From the NCBI RefSeq assembly GCF_009834535.1, contig NC_045696.1:105030001-105094000 (forward strand): DNA of 64,000 nucleotides, read 5' to 3'. The DNA is from Camelus ferus. Lineage: Eukaryota. The notes under the pieces were generated by a model. It was not told the DNA's origin. It saw only the letters and a program-made list of their open reading frames with translations, and did no database searches. Made by a program: the position numbers and the translations under genes. Shown in pieces: positions 37,126-50,094 of the stretch. Positions within the stretch are counted from its first letter, which is position 1. Every line of letters starts with the position of its first letter.

Positions 37126-37299
37126 CCCACAATGTCACCTAAGGGCTCTAGGAAGATACCGAACTCAAAACACCTCTTCCACTAATAGCCAGTTTTATCA
37201 TTAGTACCTCCCTTTGCAGAACAAAAATTAGAGCTCTTTTGCAATAAAATGTCCCCAGCAAAAAAAGCCCAGGTTAACCACTACATGGGTAAGAGAAGT

Positions 37300-37500
37300 G
37301 CTTAATACTCTAGACTCAAGAATTTATTGCCTTTCCCACAGTACATCAGCTGTTTAACTCTGGGCAAGTTGCTGTCTCTGAGCCTCAATTTCTCTTCATG
37401 TAAAATGGAGATAGAATTGAGTCACTGCAAGGATAAAATGAGACCCATCCCTGTACAATGCTAGTACACCAAGAATATTAAGTAAGGTTGGCTGGTGTCT
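37300..37500 (+). mobile_element. MIR SINE
   Basis: ctgggcaagttgctgtctctgagcctcaatttctcttcatgtaaaatggagata. Confidence 0.75.
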
Positions 37501-38154
37501 TTATTATTGACATTGGTATTCCCTTGTTGAGAATGTGTTTCTCTGTTCCTTCCTCAGTTTTTCTAGCAGAGATCAAGGTCTTGCCGGGGCGGGAGGGAGG
37601 CAGTTTTTAATGAGAGGTGAGCTAGCAGAAATAATTTCACAGTCTTGGTTTCTGTCCTAGGAGGCCTGAAGTGAAACAGGGACTGAGAGAGGGGTCCCGT
37701 GAGGACACAGCACCGGAGAGAGCAGGATGCCACAGAACGTGGTGGGATGGTCCAGACAGAGAAGCTTGGCCAGACTCAGAGGTGTGCAGTCGTGTCTGGG
37801 CTTTCTGAGAAATGGAGGCACCTTCAGCAGACTCCAGCACTGCCAGCTTTTTGCTTCAAGACAAGCTGCCTGCACGGACAGAATTACCCCACCTCGGCTG
37901 CACCGGGGGCCTGAAACGGCGGCCCCCACCAGAGAACTCTGCTCCCGCTTCCAGGGCTCTGGGAGATGTTTTTCTCTCCTTTGGAGAGAGATGTTCTTCC
38001 AAGAGATGGTTGGGCCAGTGAGGCCAGAGAGGAGGCGGGTTTGACCAGATGGCGCTGTCTCTTTGTTCCTGCCGGTTCTTATGTAAGGTGACACATAACA
38101 CATTTCCTCCTAGAATTATGAGCCAGGGATGGAGAGAGTGCCTGCTAGTCACCC

Positions 38155-38282
38155 TGCTTACAATAACTGCCTTCATTTTACAGATAAGAAACCTCTTGCT
38201 CGAAGAAGCTAATGTCTTGTCCAGTGTCACGCCTGGATCGTAGGTCTTTGTCTCTAAGGCACTTTTTCCCCTCCAGTACCGC
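38155..38282 (-). mobile_element. MIR SINE fragment
   Basis: cattttacagataagaaacc...gtcttgtccagtgtcac. Confidence 0.6.
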
Positions 38283-39579
38283 ACATCGCTCCACTTCCAG
38301 AGATACTTCCTTCTGTGCGCTTGTCTTTTTGAGGTACAGAGATAAGCAAATGCACTTCCCTTTTTTCTAGGAGTGCCATGAGTTTGAGCTAAATGTAGAG
38401 ATCACTATCTCTTGTTCTGATTTCCTGATGCAATTTCCTCCTTTCCTTCTTTTATGTCCTTTCAGCAAGGCCTTTAAAAAATCTTTTCTCTTAACTGCCC
38501 TAATTCATGGGTAAGCTGCCTCAGATCCCTACTGGGAATACATCTAGAATAAATACCAATTTAAAAATATTTACACTTAAATATCGTGTCTACACAGCCC
38601 CCCTTACAGAAAATGTGTGTTTGGGAAGAAAGATGTTCTGATTAATAGGATATTCTGACTGGTTGGAGAGATGGGCAGAGCTTGTTCACAAGTGGAGCAG
38701 GAGGCTGGCGCTCGCGTGGTGTGATGTGAGGGGTGTGTAGAGGCTGGATGTGTCAAGGAGAATACATCCCCCACGTCTGGCTGACGCCTGATAAACCACA
38801 GTGAGAGTTTCATCTTCCAGCTTACCATTTTCATCACCTGTTAAACTTGAAATCCCTCAGGAAATGTGGAAGGTGAGAAGGAGGATCATGTGCTAACTGG
38901 TTTCAGGCATGGCCATCTTGGTGCACTTCTGCTAATCAGATCCTCTCCCGGGTGGGAGGTTGGCTGGGGGGAGCATGGTTTACAGGGGATGGGGCTATCC
39001 TGTATGGGTCACCGAGGCACCATGCCCATACTATGCCATCTGCCAGCACCACCCCAAGAACACACCTTGCCTTGCTAATGGCCACAGTGTTACTTCTCAG
39101 CTCGTGGCCCTGCTGCCCCTCCTCCACCTCCAGCTGCTATCATCCCCCTAGTTTCTGACCCCATTACTCAGGCTGCCATTCCTGGCACCATCAAGTTGGT
39201 GACACCTGCCCTTCCCCACCCCAGTTTCCTGGTGCTGGGGCCCTCTTTTCCATGACAGCAGCTTTCCTGTCCCCCAAAAGCCCCATGCCTGCCTTTGAGA
39301 TTCCCCAGAAGTGTCCCTCCCTCCTCAAGCTGCCTTCAGAGCTGCACCAGGCTCCAGAATCCTCCTCCCTTCACCCTCCTTCCAGCACCATCTTGGGTTT
39401 TCCACACTCCACTTGCAGGAAGCTGATGGAAAGGGAAATTATGTGATGGCCTACAGCACACTAGCAAGTGGATGGTGGCTGACACCTGACACAAAGTTCC
39501 TGGGGAAGGAGGGTAGAGAAGGGACTGGAGGCGGCAGAATGGCTCCCATCCCCACTCTGACCCCTACCCCAACACAATC

Positions 39580-40395
39580 GAATTCCCACCTTCACCAGAC
39601 ATCCTTCTTGGGAAGGGACACCTTCTTCCACCCAGTTGGTCAAGTCAAAACTGAGGGACTTTCTCTGCTTCTTCCTTCAAATCACAGCCTGTGTCTAATC
39701 CATTACCCTGTCCAGCTCTTTCCCCAGGCTCCCTCCCTCCACCCTTTTCCATCTGTCTACACAGCCTCCCTCCCAGCCCAGCCTCCATCCTCTCTCACCT
39801 GGACACCCACAAGGGCCTCCTAACCCTTCTCTTGCTTCCCCCTTGGCGTGGCACGGTCAGTTCTCCACACAAGAGCTAGAATATTTTAAAAGCACCATTA
39901 GAGCACATGACACCCCCTGACCCAGTCCCTCCCAAGGCCTCCCATCAGCCTTAAAAAACACACAAGACCTTTATCCCATGAACAAGAAGACCTTACTTGA
40001 TCTGGCCCTTGCTTCCTTCTCTAATCCATCTCCCACTCCCACTTTATTCCAAACCCACTGGATCTTCTTCTGTTCTTTTGACTCATTAAGTTTATTCCCA
40101 CCTCAAGGCCATTGCACATCCTATTCCCCCTGCCATTGACTGGCTTCTTCTTGATACTGAGTCTTCACTTTGGCGTCTCTTCCCAGGGATCTCTTTGCTG
40201 AACACCACTCTTCCCAGGTCCCCATCACACCACCCTGGTGCATTGTCATCAGAGCACTTATGCTTCCTAATATTGTCCTGTGTGTTTGTTGCCTGTATCC
40301 CTGACCAGAATGCAAGGTCCATATTATGGGCCTTTTCCACAGTTGTGTCCTCAGTGCCCAGTGGCCGCTCATGTACAATGTGTGTAATAGAAAGA
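39580..40395 (+). mobile_element. L2 3' region
   Basis: tcctctctcacctggacacccacaagggcctcctaac...cccacctcaaggccattgcacatcctattccccct...ccctgaccagaatgcaaggtcc. Confidence 0.8.
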
Positions 40396-40604
40396 AATAG
40401 GCTTTGGGTTAGATAGACTTAGGTTTAAATCCTAGCATCCCATTTATAATCTCAGAACCCTTCCAACAAGCAGTCATCTTTCTCTTTCTCTTCCTGTTCC
40501 TTCACAGGATTTGGGGGCTGTCAGCTGTAGACCCAGTTACCCAGAGAAACTGCATGACTCGATGAACTGGAGCAGAGAACCAAATCTGGTTAATGGAATT
40601 ACAG

Positions 40605-41054
40605 GTTTTTAGGGGGCTGAAGAATGTCCCCAAAGTTCATGTTCACCTGGAATCTCAGAATGTGACCTTATTTAGAAACAGGGCCTCTGTGGGTATAATT
40701 AAGGTAAGGATCAAGATGAGATCATGCTGAATTAGAGTGGGCACTAAACCCAATGAGTGTCTTTGTCAGAGACAGAAAGGGGCACACAGAAATGCAGAGA
40801 AGACACTGATGTGAAGACAGAGACAGAGATTGGAGGGGTGCATTTCTAAGCCAGAGAACACCAAAGGTTGTTGGCAACCACCAGAAACTGGGAGAGGCAA
40901 GGAAGAGTTCTCCCTCAGAGTCTGTAGAGGGAACCAACACTGCTGACACCTAGACTTCAGACTTCTGGTCTCCTGAACTGTCAGATGATAAGTTCTGTTG
41001 TTTTAAGCCACTCAGTCTGTGGTACTTGTTACGGCTGCCCTAGGAAAGATCAGA
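40605..41054 (+). mobile_element. MaLR solo LTR (MLT1B/C-like)
   Basis: ctcagaatgtgaccttatttagaaacaggg...ttctgttgttttaagccactcagtctgtggtacttgttacggctgccctaggaaa. Confidence 0.9.
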
Positions 41055-42671
41055 GAGGGCCAAGTATGTGTGCAAAGGAAGAGCACATTTACTTTTGCAG
41101 AAGACTTATAGCTCTTGGACCACTGTTACTGCATGGTCCTACTAGGCCCTTAGATGCATCCACGATTCCTCCCATTTTGCAGGCGAAGCCCTGAGAGGCT
41201 ACCTGACTTACTCCAGGGCACACAGCTGTCAGGGTAGGGTAGGAGAGGAAGAATTGCTTTGTTTTGTCTCTTAGTCCCATGTTTTGACTCAGCAGTGAGG
41301 AGGTGAAGTTTACATATTCACTCAACAAACATCCATGGACTACCCCTGGTTCACTAGCTCGCATGCTGGGTGTTCCAGGAGAGAAGGGAAGACAGCCTGC
41401 TTTCACAGCACCCTCTCTGAAGGTGGTGATGCAGGGGTAAAAACCAGGCTGCAGTGGACTGGGCTAAAAGGCCTGGCAGTTAGGCTGCTTCGTGATCAGA
41501 GGTGTGGGAAGACTTACAGTGCCTGGGGGTGGCACGTGGAGATGACATTGATTGTCTGTGGGACCACAGGCCTGCCATGACCACTCTTGGGGTCCCAGCA
41601 GTATAAGAATCAAGTTGAAATTAACATCTCGGAAGCCCTCCCAGTTTAGAACATTCTCTGGTTTTCTAAAGTTACTGTACTCAGGGCTGAGGTTCAGCTT
41701 GGAACACGTTAATGGTACCCACCCCATCTCATGTCTCCAGACTATACAGCACTGTATCCCACCCCACACTTCTGAATCCCAGTGTGACAGCACTCTAGAA
41801 GGCGGCTCACAAGAGCATCGAAACCCAGCTTTGAAGCATTTCTGTTGCCTGGAAACCCAGGCCCCATTCCCTGTGGCTAATTCCTCTACCAGCTGAAGAG
41901 GTAGGTAGATTGAGGTCCTGGAACTGTTATTGCAGCAGGCTCCCGGGAAGGCCCTTCCAGCAGAGAGCCTGGAGCCTCATCCCCTGACTGGCACCTTGTA
42001 AGTGGGAGCAATGGGGAAGGTGGCTGGTCTGAGAAGGAGTGGGGAAGGGACCTCCTCTCATCCTGCTGCTCTAAGCCATCACTTCACCTGCATCTGCAGA
42101 GCAGCCCTCAGGCTCAGTTCCACACCTTCTCCCAGCAGATGAACATCCTTCATGGACTCAGCCAATCTCTGCCACTGTAAACAGGTGACTGTTTCCACTC
42201 TGCCTCCACCAGGTAGGAGACATGAGCAAGTCTCTTCTAGGCCTTCTTGCCAAGAGTTGGTGGGTACAGAGGAAGAAGGTGTTTCCTTCTAGGTCATTGC
42301 CACCTCTCTACATGTCAAGGCCCTCTCTCCTCTCTGGCCCGTGGAGAACACAGTGTTAGCCTGGGGTTGGTAAGATGGAAATTTAGCAAAGCTTCAGGGC
42401 CCAAGAGAGCATTCCTCCTGGTAATTCACCCACCCTGACCTGGTGACTGATGTTGAAGGGTGATCTCCTTGCTGCATCTTAAAGGATAACAAGCGCTGCT
42501 CCTCACTCCTCGGCTAGGGCGGTGTCCCCTGTTCATCCACAGAAAGGCCAATAGCTTTCCTGGGGTCACTGATGGCCCTAGTCAGACAGGGCTCCACGCA
42601 CGAGATTCTTCTTGCTGATTTGGGGATAGCTTCACAGGGCCTCCTCTTTGGAATCTTTGTCTAGTTTTAGG

Positions 42672-42695
42672 GTGTGTGTGTGTGTGTGTGTGTGT
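42672..42695. repeat. (GT)n microsatellite
   Basis: Direct reading. Confidence 0.95.
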
Positions 42696-43014
42696 TTGCG
42701 TGGGGGGTGGTGTGTATTTTAGGCTGAATAGGAAGTGGAATGAAACTTCATGGACCACAAAGCTTGCCTTTTTTGTCTGGGCCTGACTTCTGAATTCTAC
42801 AACCAAGAGCTTGATATCTTTGTTCTGCTTTGTACTCTGAGGTCCTTCTTTTCCAGGGCAGTGCAATTCCAGTCTGGTTGCCTGAACTGGGGCAAAAGCC
42901 TCAGGCTTCAGAGAAGTCAGGTTAGGATACAGTTGGTTAAAACAAAATGTTATTTTAACACAATCTGAAGTTAACATGCATAATTCACTACATTACAAGG
43001 CATGACTAATTAAT

Positions 43015-43235
43015 ACAGAAACATTTATTGAGCATATACTATATACATTATGCCAAGTAATATGCAGAAGTCGTGGGGGAATGGGGAGAGATGGCATAAA
43101 GATAAATAAGACAATTTCTACTCTCAATTTACTAAAGGCAATAAAATACACAGACATTATAATAACTCAAGACAGGATATAAAGGCAATGAGATAAATTA
43201 TAGAGTGCTTGGTGGGGAAAATAAAAGCATTAAAG
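43015..43235 (-). mobile_element. L2 3' end
   Basis: aaacatttattgagcatatactat...aaagataaataagaca. Confidence 0.65.
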
Positions 43236-43261
43236 GGAAGAGCCTTTTAAATACACTAGGG

Positions 43262-43985
43262 AAGACAATCTGATTCCCTACCTAGAAAACCCAAGACAGT
43301 GCACTGAAGAGCCATAAAAACCGACAAAGTAGCGTGGGAAGGTGATTGGATGTAAGACCATACAACAACCAGGGGCTTCCTCTACACCAGCAACAGCCAG
43401 TTACCAAATGTCATGGGAGGAAATACCTTATTCACGTCCACAGCCAAGACTGTAATAAGTCCAGGAATAAATCTAACAAGAAATGCGCAAGACCTGCTTG
43501 AATAAAGCCGTAAAACTTTACCAAAGGACATGAAAAGGAATTGAGTAAATGGAGAGCAATCCCAAGCTGTTACACAGAAAGATTTGCTACTGCAAAGATG
43601 AAATTCTCCTCAAATTAATTTGCTATTCAATATAGTCCAATCAAAAGTCCAATAGATTTCTTTTTGGAATTTGGTGAGTAGATTTCAGGTTTATCCTGTG
43701 AAAGAAAATATGTAAGAACCACCAAGAAAAATAGTTAAGAAAAGGAGAAGGAGAAAGAAGGGAAGTTTTTTGCCGTATGTTATCCTCCGAAGCTAAAGTA
43801 ATTAAAGCAACCAGATAGTCATGCAGGAGCAGATAAACAGATTAAATTGGGGAGAAAAAGATATTCCAGAAACACACCCACATATGTGGGATTTAATATG
43901 TGATAAAGGAGGCGTTTCACTAGCAGAAAGAATGAACTGCTCCAACGAACGATATCATCCTTGAGTCCATTCTTTCTCCCTGGAG
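43262..43985 (+). mobile_element. Ancient L1 ORF2 (RT to C-terminal region) remnant
   Basis: tacctagaaaacccaa, ctacaccagcaacagccagtta, ggaataaatctaacaagaaatgcgcaagacctg, ctcctcaaattaatt. Confidence 0.8.
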
Positions 43986-43994
43986 AAAGGCATT

Positions 43995-44195
43995 GTGTAG
44001 AGTGGGGAGACTTCTGCCCTGGCTTGGGAGTCAGAGAAGCCTGGATTTGAATCCCAGCTCTCCCAGTTAAAGCTACATCACATTGAACATGCTTCTTCAA
44101 CTCCCTAAGCATTCTTTTAAAAATGGGAAATCCATTCCTGTCTATCTACATCACAGGATTGTGATGCCAAATGAAACCATCTGTATATATAAATG
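43995..44195 (+). mobile_element. MIR SINE
   Basis: gggagtcagagaagcctggatttgaatcccagctct...aaaatgggaa...cacaggattgtgatg. Confidence 0.8.
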
Positions 44196-44274
44196 GAGCT
44201 TGTGTGTTGTAATTCTCAGGACTCTAGGAATGAAGGTCCTGGGGTTAAACCAAATCAAGCAAAAAACAACAACA

Positions 44275-44457
44275 GGGAGGAGGGTATAGCTCAAGTCAGG
44301 GGGTGGGGAGGGTATAGTTCAAGTGATAGAGCGCATGCCCAGCAGTGCATGAGGTCCTGGGTTCAATCCCCAGCACCTCCATTAAAATAAATAAATGAAC
44401 CTAATTACCTCCCCCCACAAAAAAAAACAAAACAAAAACCCCAAAAAACAAAAAGGA
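44275..44457 (+). mobile_element. tRNA-derived camelid SINE (vic-1-like), long form with duplicated 5' head
   Basis: Two ggagggtatag(c/t)tcaagt heads and one B box; TSD aaaaaacaacaac at 44261-44273 and 44458-44470. Confidence 0.9.
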
Positions 44458-44789
44458 AAAAAACAACAACCAAAAAACCCTCATGTATCTAAAGCCTGAA
44501 ATGTCACCGTTGAAACATCTTTCCTTATTTCATGGCCTTGGTCCATGTTATATAAACTCCCCAAGAGGCAGCCCTTTAAACTATTGCCAGCCACGGACAT
44601 CTAGAGGAAAGAAAAGCTCTGAGAGGAGGCTTAAATGAAGAAGACGGAGTGAAATAATCAGTGGAGGACAAGCCCAGGGGCAAAAAGTCCGGGAAGAGCA
44701 AAGACCGTCTTGATCAACTTCCCAGGACCAGCAGCAGGTCGGCTCTTCGGTCCTTATGGGGAAAAGTGGTCTTGTGTCCATTCCCTTCT

Positions 44790-45812
44790 CTTTTCCTTCT
44801 CTACTTTATGATGCAAATCTGCATTTCCCAGGCCCCCTTGCTAACAGTACTCCCACGTAGGTTCAGCTAATGGAAGACACTAATGGAAGACTGGAGAGCG
44901 GGGGAAAATGTTGCCAGTGGTTAGGTTCTTGTCTCATCACAGAAAGAATTCAGAGACAAGACACAGAGGTCAAGAAAGTAAAGTGAAGATTTATGAAGCT
45001 GTAGGTAGGACACTTTCAAGGGGAGAGCGGGCAGGCTCAGATGAGCAGCTGAGCTGAGTTTCTCTGGCAAGTTGGTTACATAGGGTGTAAAAAAGAATGG
45101 GAGGAATATTCACTGGGGAGGGAGTGTTTGGGGTCATATTCCCTGATATTCATTCCAGCTCTACCTTCCTGAGGGGAGGAGGGATTTTTGTCCTCGTTTA
45201 GTATGGATCTGAAGTGTCATGGCGTTGGTGCATCATGGGTACTTCTTATCTGCAAGGCTAATTTTATTGTAATGAGGGCATAATGAACAAAAGTTTACAT
45301 TGGGACACTGGAGATTCCTGCCTTTTCCCACCTTTCTTCGCTTGCCTCCAGGACACTTGTCACCCCAAAAGTTATGATCTCTTATCGGTCTCAAGATTCT
45401 TGCCTTTCTCTGTCTGCCCATGGACCCCTGTTGTTCACAAGATGTATGGTTTCCTGCCATTTGATACCCCCTTTGTCTACTCAAATCTAGCTGTCTGCCT
45501 GCTCTAACAGAATGAAGAAATCAGCGTATTACTTCTTGTCTGCATTACCTCTGGTGATTTTTCTTAGCAAGGGCTAGAAGTAATGGCTACTCTTCTCCTT
45601 TGACCCCAGAGAGACAGATCATTCCTTTATTGTCCCACTTGTCACTGTACAGACCCCACTGACAGCAGTTTCCTGTTGTGGCTAACCTCTAGGAGTCCCT
45701 GCCATCCCATGGTTTGGCTTCTCAGCTCTTCTATTATTTACAACACCAATTCCCTGTGTTAAATTCCTGTATTTGAAAGATCTAGAGTGGTTTCTGTTTT
45801 TTTCTGAATGAT
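44790..45812 (+). mobile_element. LTR33-like ERVL LTR split by a younger LTR
   Basis: 5' part ctgcatttcccaggcccccttgc...aggttcagctaatggaagacact; 3' part tttggcttctcagctcttc...accaattccctgtgttaaattcc...ctagagtggtttctgtt. Confidence 0.75.
44909..45509 (-). mobile_element. ERV1-class solo LTR (MER39/MER34-like)
   Basis: TG...CA termini; minus strand begins tgttagagcaggcagacagctag; shares gaaagaa(t/c)tca and tggggagggg motifs with the LTR at 35904. No clean TSD. Confidence 0.78.
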
Positions 45813-45861
45813 AAGAAGAGTCCTGGAGAAAATAATAAATACTTACAGTAACATGAATACC

Positions 45862-46007
45862 AATAGCAATCAAATTTATTGAGTACCTATATATGCCAAG
45901 CATTGTGCTAAGGGCTTGAGATTGTTTTATTTATTCCTCACATCAACTCCATGAGGTAGGCACGTTGTTACCCTGATATGACAGATTATACAAACTGAGG
46001 CTTACAT
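45862..46007 (-). mobile_element. MIR SINE truncated by an L1 insertion
   Basis: tttattgagtacctatatatgccaagcattgtgctaagggctt...aaactgaggctta. Confidence 0.8.
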
Positions 46008-46687
46008 ATTTTTTTAATTTTATTTTTTATCTATTTTTTTACTGAAGTATAGTCAGTTACAAGGTGTCAACTTCTGGTGCATATATACATATATTTGTTT
46101 TCATATTTTTTTCATTAAAGGTTATTACAAGATAATGAATATCGTTCCCTATGTTTATTTTATCTATTTTTATTTATAGTGGGTATGGTTTGCAAATCTC
46201 AAACTCCCAAATTTATCCCTCCCCTTTCTCACAGTAACCATAAGGTTGTTTACTATGTCTGTTTCTGTTTTTGAAATGAGCTCATTAGTGTCCTCTTTTT
46301 TCTTTGTTTTTTTTTTTTCAGATTCCACATATGATTGATATCATATGGTATTTTGCTTTCTTTTTCTGGCTTACTTCTCTTAGAACAACGATCTAGGTAC
46401 ATGTTGCTGCAAATGGCATTATTTTATCCCTTTCATGGCTGAGTGGTATTCCATTGTATAAATGTGTCACAACTTCTTTATCCAGTCATCTGCTTGCTGA
46501 TGGACATTTAGGTTGCTTCCATGTCTTGGCTATTGTAAATAGTGCTTCTGTGAACACTGGGATGCATATATCTTTTTGAATTAGAGTTCCCTCTGGATAT
46601 ATGCCCAGGAGTGGGATTGCTGGATCATATGGTAAGTCTATTTTTAGTTTTTTGAGGAAGCTCCATACTGTTTTCCATAATGGCTGT
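46008..46687 (-). mobile_element. Young camelid-type L1 3' end with TSD
   Basis: Perfect 14-bp TSD actgaggcttacat at 45994-46007 and 46688-46701; ctgaagtatagtcagttacaa terminus. Confidence 0.93.
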
Positions 46688-48592
46688 ACTGAGGCTTACA
46701 TTTGAAATTGAAATCCTTCCTTTCTCAGGAAATATTTCTTATTTGGGAATGGCCAGCTGATTCAGAGAGAGGAGAGATCTGCATCAACCCACAAAACCCT
46801 GTACCCCATAACCCTGTCTTTCATGTTTCAGGAGGCTCTGTAGTGGTTTGTGCCCCCTTCTGAGCCCCCATGTTGTTAGGTTCATCCTTAGTTACAACCC
46901 CCTGGAGCCTCCATGTGTGGCTGCAGGCACTCTCTGGCTGTCTCATCCACTCAAGTGGACACTGGTTCTGGCCAGTGACCTTTTGTCCAGTTCCTCTCCA
47001 AGCAGGAAAGCATGTCTATGACCAGTGACAGTCATCTGTCCTCCTTGAACAAACATCTGTGTGGTGACTTTGATGAAGAGGACTCAGGCTGACACCTCAG
47101 ACACTTCCAACCATGCAATCTTTCATCACCAGCCCAGAGCCTTTGCTGAAGGCCTTTTCTTTCCTGAATCTTGTCTTTGATCATTTTTCACAGAAAATAG
47201 GAGGTGTTATTCAGAACACACAGAAAAGCCTGCAGATTGCTCTTCTCTGTCCTAATGCTTCTCAGAACCATCATTTTCCCCACCGCTCCCCTCCCCATCT
47301 CCTTCCTCCATCACCACCACCTATTTCCTTTATACCCTTCAAAGTTAACTGCATTGAAAACTCATGAAGGCTGACTTCTGAGAGGTCTTCTCTCTGCCCC
47401 AGCTCTCTCCTTCCAATTCGAAGAAGGCAAGTATTATTTTCTCATACACTCCTAGACATCTCTCTCCTCTTTATCACCTCTTGAGATCAAGAATTCTTGG
47501 ACTCAACACACAAAACTTCAGTAGAACTTTTTCCTAACTTATATGCCTATCCCCTTCCAGAGAATTCTATATCTTACCTGCTCAGTGGAATTACTTAATT
47601 CACTTCCGTTGATTAAATATTGAAAAGATAGATAACAAAGCACGTTCATGAGGACCAATTTTCCCCAGATTCCAGCTCTGGGAGAATACAAAGAAACCAC
47701 AGAGCAACAGCAGGGTGTGCCTGATTTTTGTTTTGAATTTTTGTTTTGTTTTGCTTTCTGGGAGGAGGTCCCCAATGTGCTCTACAACTGGCTTTAATAA
47801 CAAGAGACTAAGCAACCAAAAGTTTTTCTTTTGTTCAGAACAGACACTTCCCTTTTCCCATTACCCTTGGTGCCTAATGGAAACTAGATGAGACACTAGT
47901 TTATCATTCAGAAACTTATAAACTAGGAGTCACTCGTATCTGCTTATAAGAGGATCCAGCTGGAGAGCAGATTCCGCTTTTACAGCTCTTCCCTTCTCGA
48001 GTTCTAGTCACTTTTAGAAGCAATTAAGCAGAGCAATTTGAATAGTGTAAGCAATCACTTTAAACTAGTGTATCTTGTTATCATTTCAAGGGATCTATTT
48101 TCTAAATGAAGAAAGTTGCCAGTGAGAAATCAGAAATGTAAGGCCATCTCATCATCCATCCATCAATCCACCTCTAAGTTCAGGTGTGAGCATCAACTCT
48201 AAACTAGGCCCTGGGAGGGGGCAGGAAGTAGCTGACCCAGCACCTGTACTCCCTGGATCTACCTTAAGTTTGGGAAGACATGGTTAGTAAGAGTCACACC
48301 TTTATCCTAAAATGTGCTCCCTTTAAAGTAGTCAGGAGGGCAGCTGGGCTGTGCTCAGTTGGGGGACATTTACATGACGGACCAGGAAGCCTCCTAGGGA
48401 ATATGGCAAAACATACAAGTTTGCTTGCAGGTTAATGAGCTGGGGAAGAGTAGGTGAGTAACTCTGAGCATTTCCTGGCTCCAAATTCCAGTTTCTATAG
48501 TGGAGAAAACTCACTCAGATGCCTAGGTAGAGAGGACTAGGGGGAGGGGGTGGGGGAAAAGGAAAGGTATAAGTTAAAGGAGGGGTTCTATC

Positions 48593-49048
48593 ATGTTTAT
48601 TAGGACTTTTTGGTTGCAAGTAACAGAAACTGGCCGAGGCTGGATTAAACAGAAAGTGAGAATTTATTTTAAAGGTGTGTGTCAGCACTCAAGGATCAGA
48701 AGGCAACTGGAAACCAGAAAGGCCTACAACCAGGAATGGAAAACTAGCAAGAGTCCAAGAGCACTGCTTCTCTTCTGTTTTCTCTGCTTCTCTTTGCTCA
48801 TGGAGGACCTGTTTCCCAGAAAGCTGTGATTTTGCTATTAGAAGGTAACCTCAAAGATGGAGAAACTGGCACATAATGAATGGCAGAGTAGAAGAAAATT
48901 CTACAGAAACACTGAGTCAGAACCGTGATGAACTTCACCGACCAGTGGACGTTTTTACTAATGTGATCCATGAAATCCCCTTTATTTTATAAGCCAGTTT
49001 ACATTGACTTTTTCATGAATTGCAACCTAAAGCACCCTAACAAATACA
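48593..49048. mobile_element. Old MaLR LTR fragments (MLT1J/K-like), two pieces in opposite orientation
   Basis: ttaggactttttggttgcaagtaacagaaac (-) and taagccagttt...ttgcaacctaaagcaccctaacaaataca (+). Confidence 0.6.
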
Positions 49049-49145
49049 GAGCCCTGTCCTCCAGGAAATGTTATTAGTTCCTTACATCTGGGCATCTCCT
49101 GAGCTCTTACCTCATGTGTCTTCCCAACAAGTGTCTAGAAGCAGC

Positions 49146-49175
49146 TTGGTGACTTTGGTGACTTTGGTGACTTTG
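49146..49175. repeat. 9-bp tandem repeat (ttggtgact) x3.3
   Basis: Direct reading. Confidence 0.9.
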
Positions 49176-49224
49176 TCTTTACTCCGTCTTATGTTGAGGA
49201 GGAAGAGTGGTTGAGTTTACTGGG

Positions 49225-49975
49225 GTTTTTTATTGCGGTGAAATATATATAACATGAAACTTACCATTTTGACCATTTTGAAGTGGCATTAAGTGCAGTT
49301 ATGTTGTTGTGCAACCATCACCTGTTACTGCCATCCCATCACCAGAATACTTTCATCTTTCCCAACTTAAACGGTGCTCATTAAACTAAAACTCCCCACT
49401 TGCCCCTCCCCCCAGCCCCTGGCAACCACCATTCTACTTTCTGTCTCTATGAATTTGGCTACTTTAAGAGCCCCGTATAAGTGAAATCATTCAATATTTG
49501 TCCTTTTGTGACTGATTTCTCCCACTTAGCACGATGTCTTCAAAGATCACCCATGCTGTATCATGTGTCAGAATTTTCTTCCTTTTGAAGACTGCATAAC
49601 ATTCCACCGTACATAAATGCCACATTTTGTTTATCCATTCATTTGTTGGTAGACACTTGCTTCCACCTTTTGGCTATTGTGAAAATGCTGTTTTGGATGT
49701 GGGTATACACACATCTGTTTGAACCCCTGCTTTCAAGACTTTGGTGTATATACCCATAAGTGGAGTTGCTGGTTCATATAGTAATTCTATGTATAATTTT
49801 GTGGGGAAACAGCCATACCACGCTCCACCTAGCTGCACCATTCTACATTCCCACCAGCAATGCAAAAGCATTCCAATTTCTCCACATCCTCACCAACATG
49901 TATTTTGTCTTGCTCGTTTTTGTTTTATAACAACCATCCTAATGGATGTGAAGTGTGTATTGCTTTTGCATCCTT
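49225..49975 (-). mobile_element. L1MB-like 3' end
   Basis: ttattgcggtgaaatatatataacatgaaacttaccatttt...cagcccctggcaaccaccattctactttctgtctctatgaattt. Confidence 0.92.
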
Positions 49976-50010
49976 GATAGCCCACCCACCAGCCAGGCAG
50001 GTGCACCTAG

Positions 50011-50094
50011 GAGATGTCACACCTTAGGTATCAGTTAAGAGATGTCACACCTTAGGTATCAGTTAAGAGATGTCACACCTTAGGTATCAGTTGA
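50011..50094. repeat. 28-bp tandem repeat x3 (gagatgtcacaccttaggtatcagttaa)
   Basis: Units start at 50011, 50039 and 50067; the only difference is near the end of unit 3. Confidence 0.97.

Noticed and set aside
38039..38057. CTCF site (gtttgaccagatggcgctg)
   Set aside because: The right half matches well but the strongly conserved 5' C is replaced by G; unsupported without a PWM score or ChIP
50011..50094. CRISPR-like array (28-bp repeats)
   Set aside because: Units abut with no spacers, there are no cas genes, and the context is mammalian
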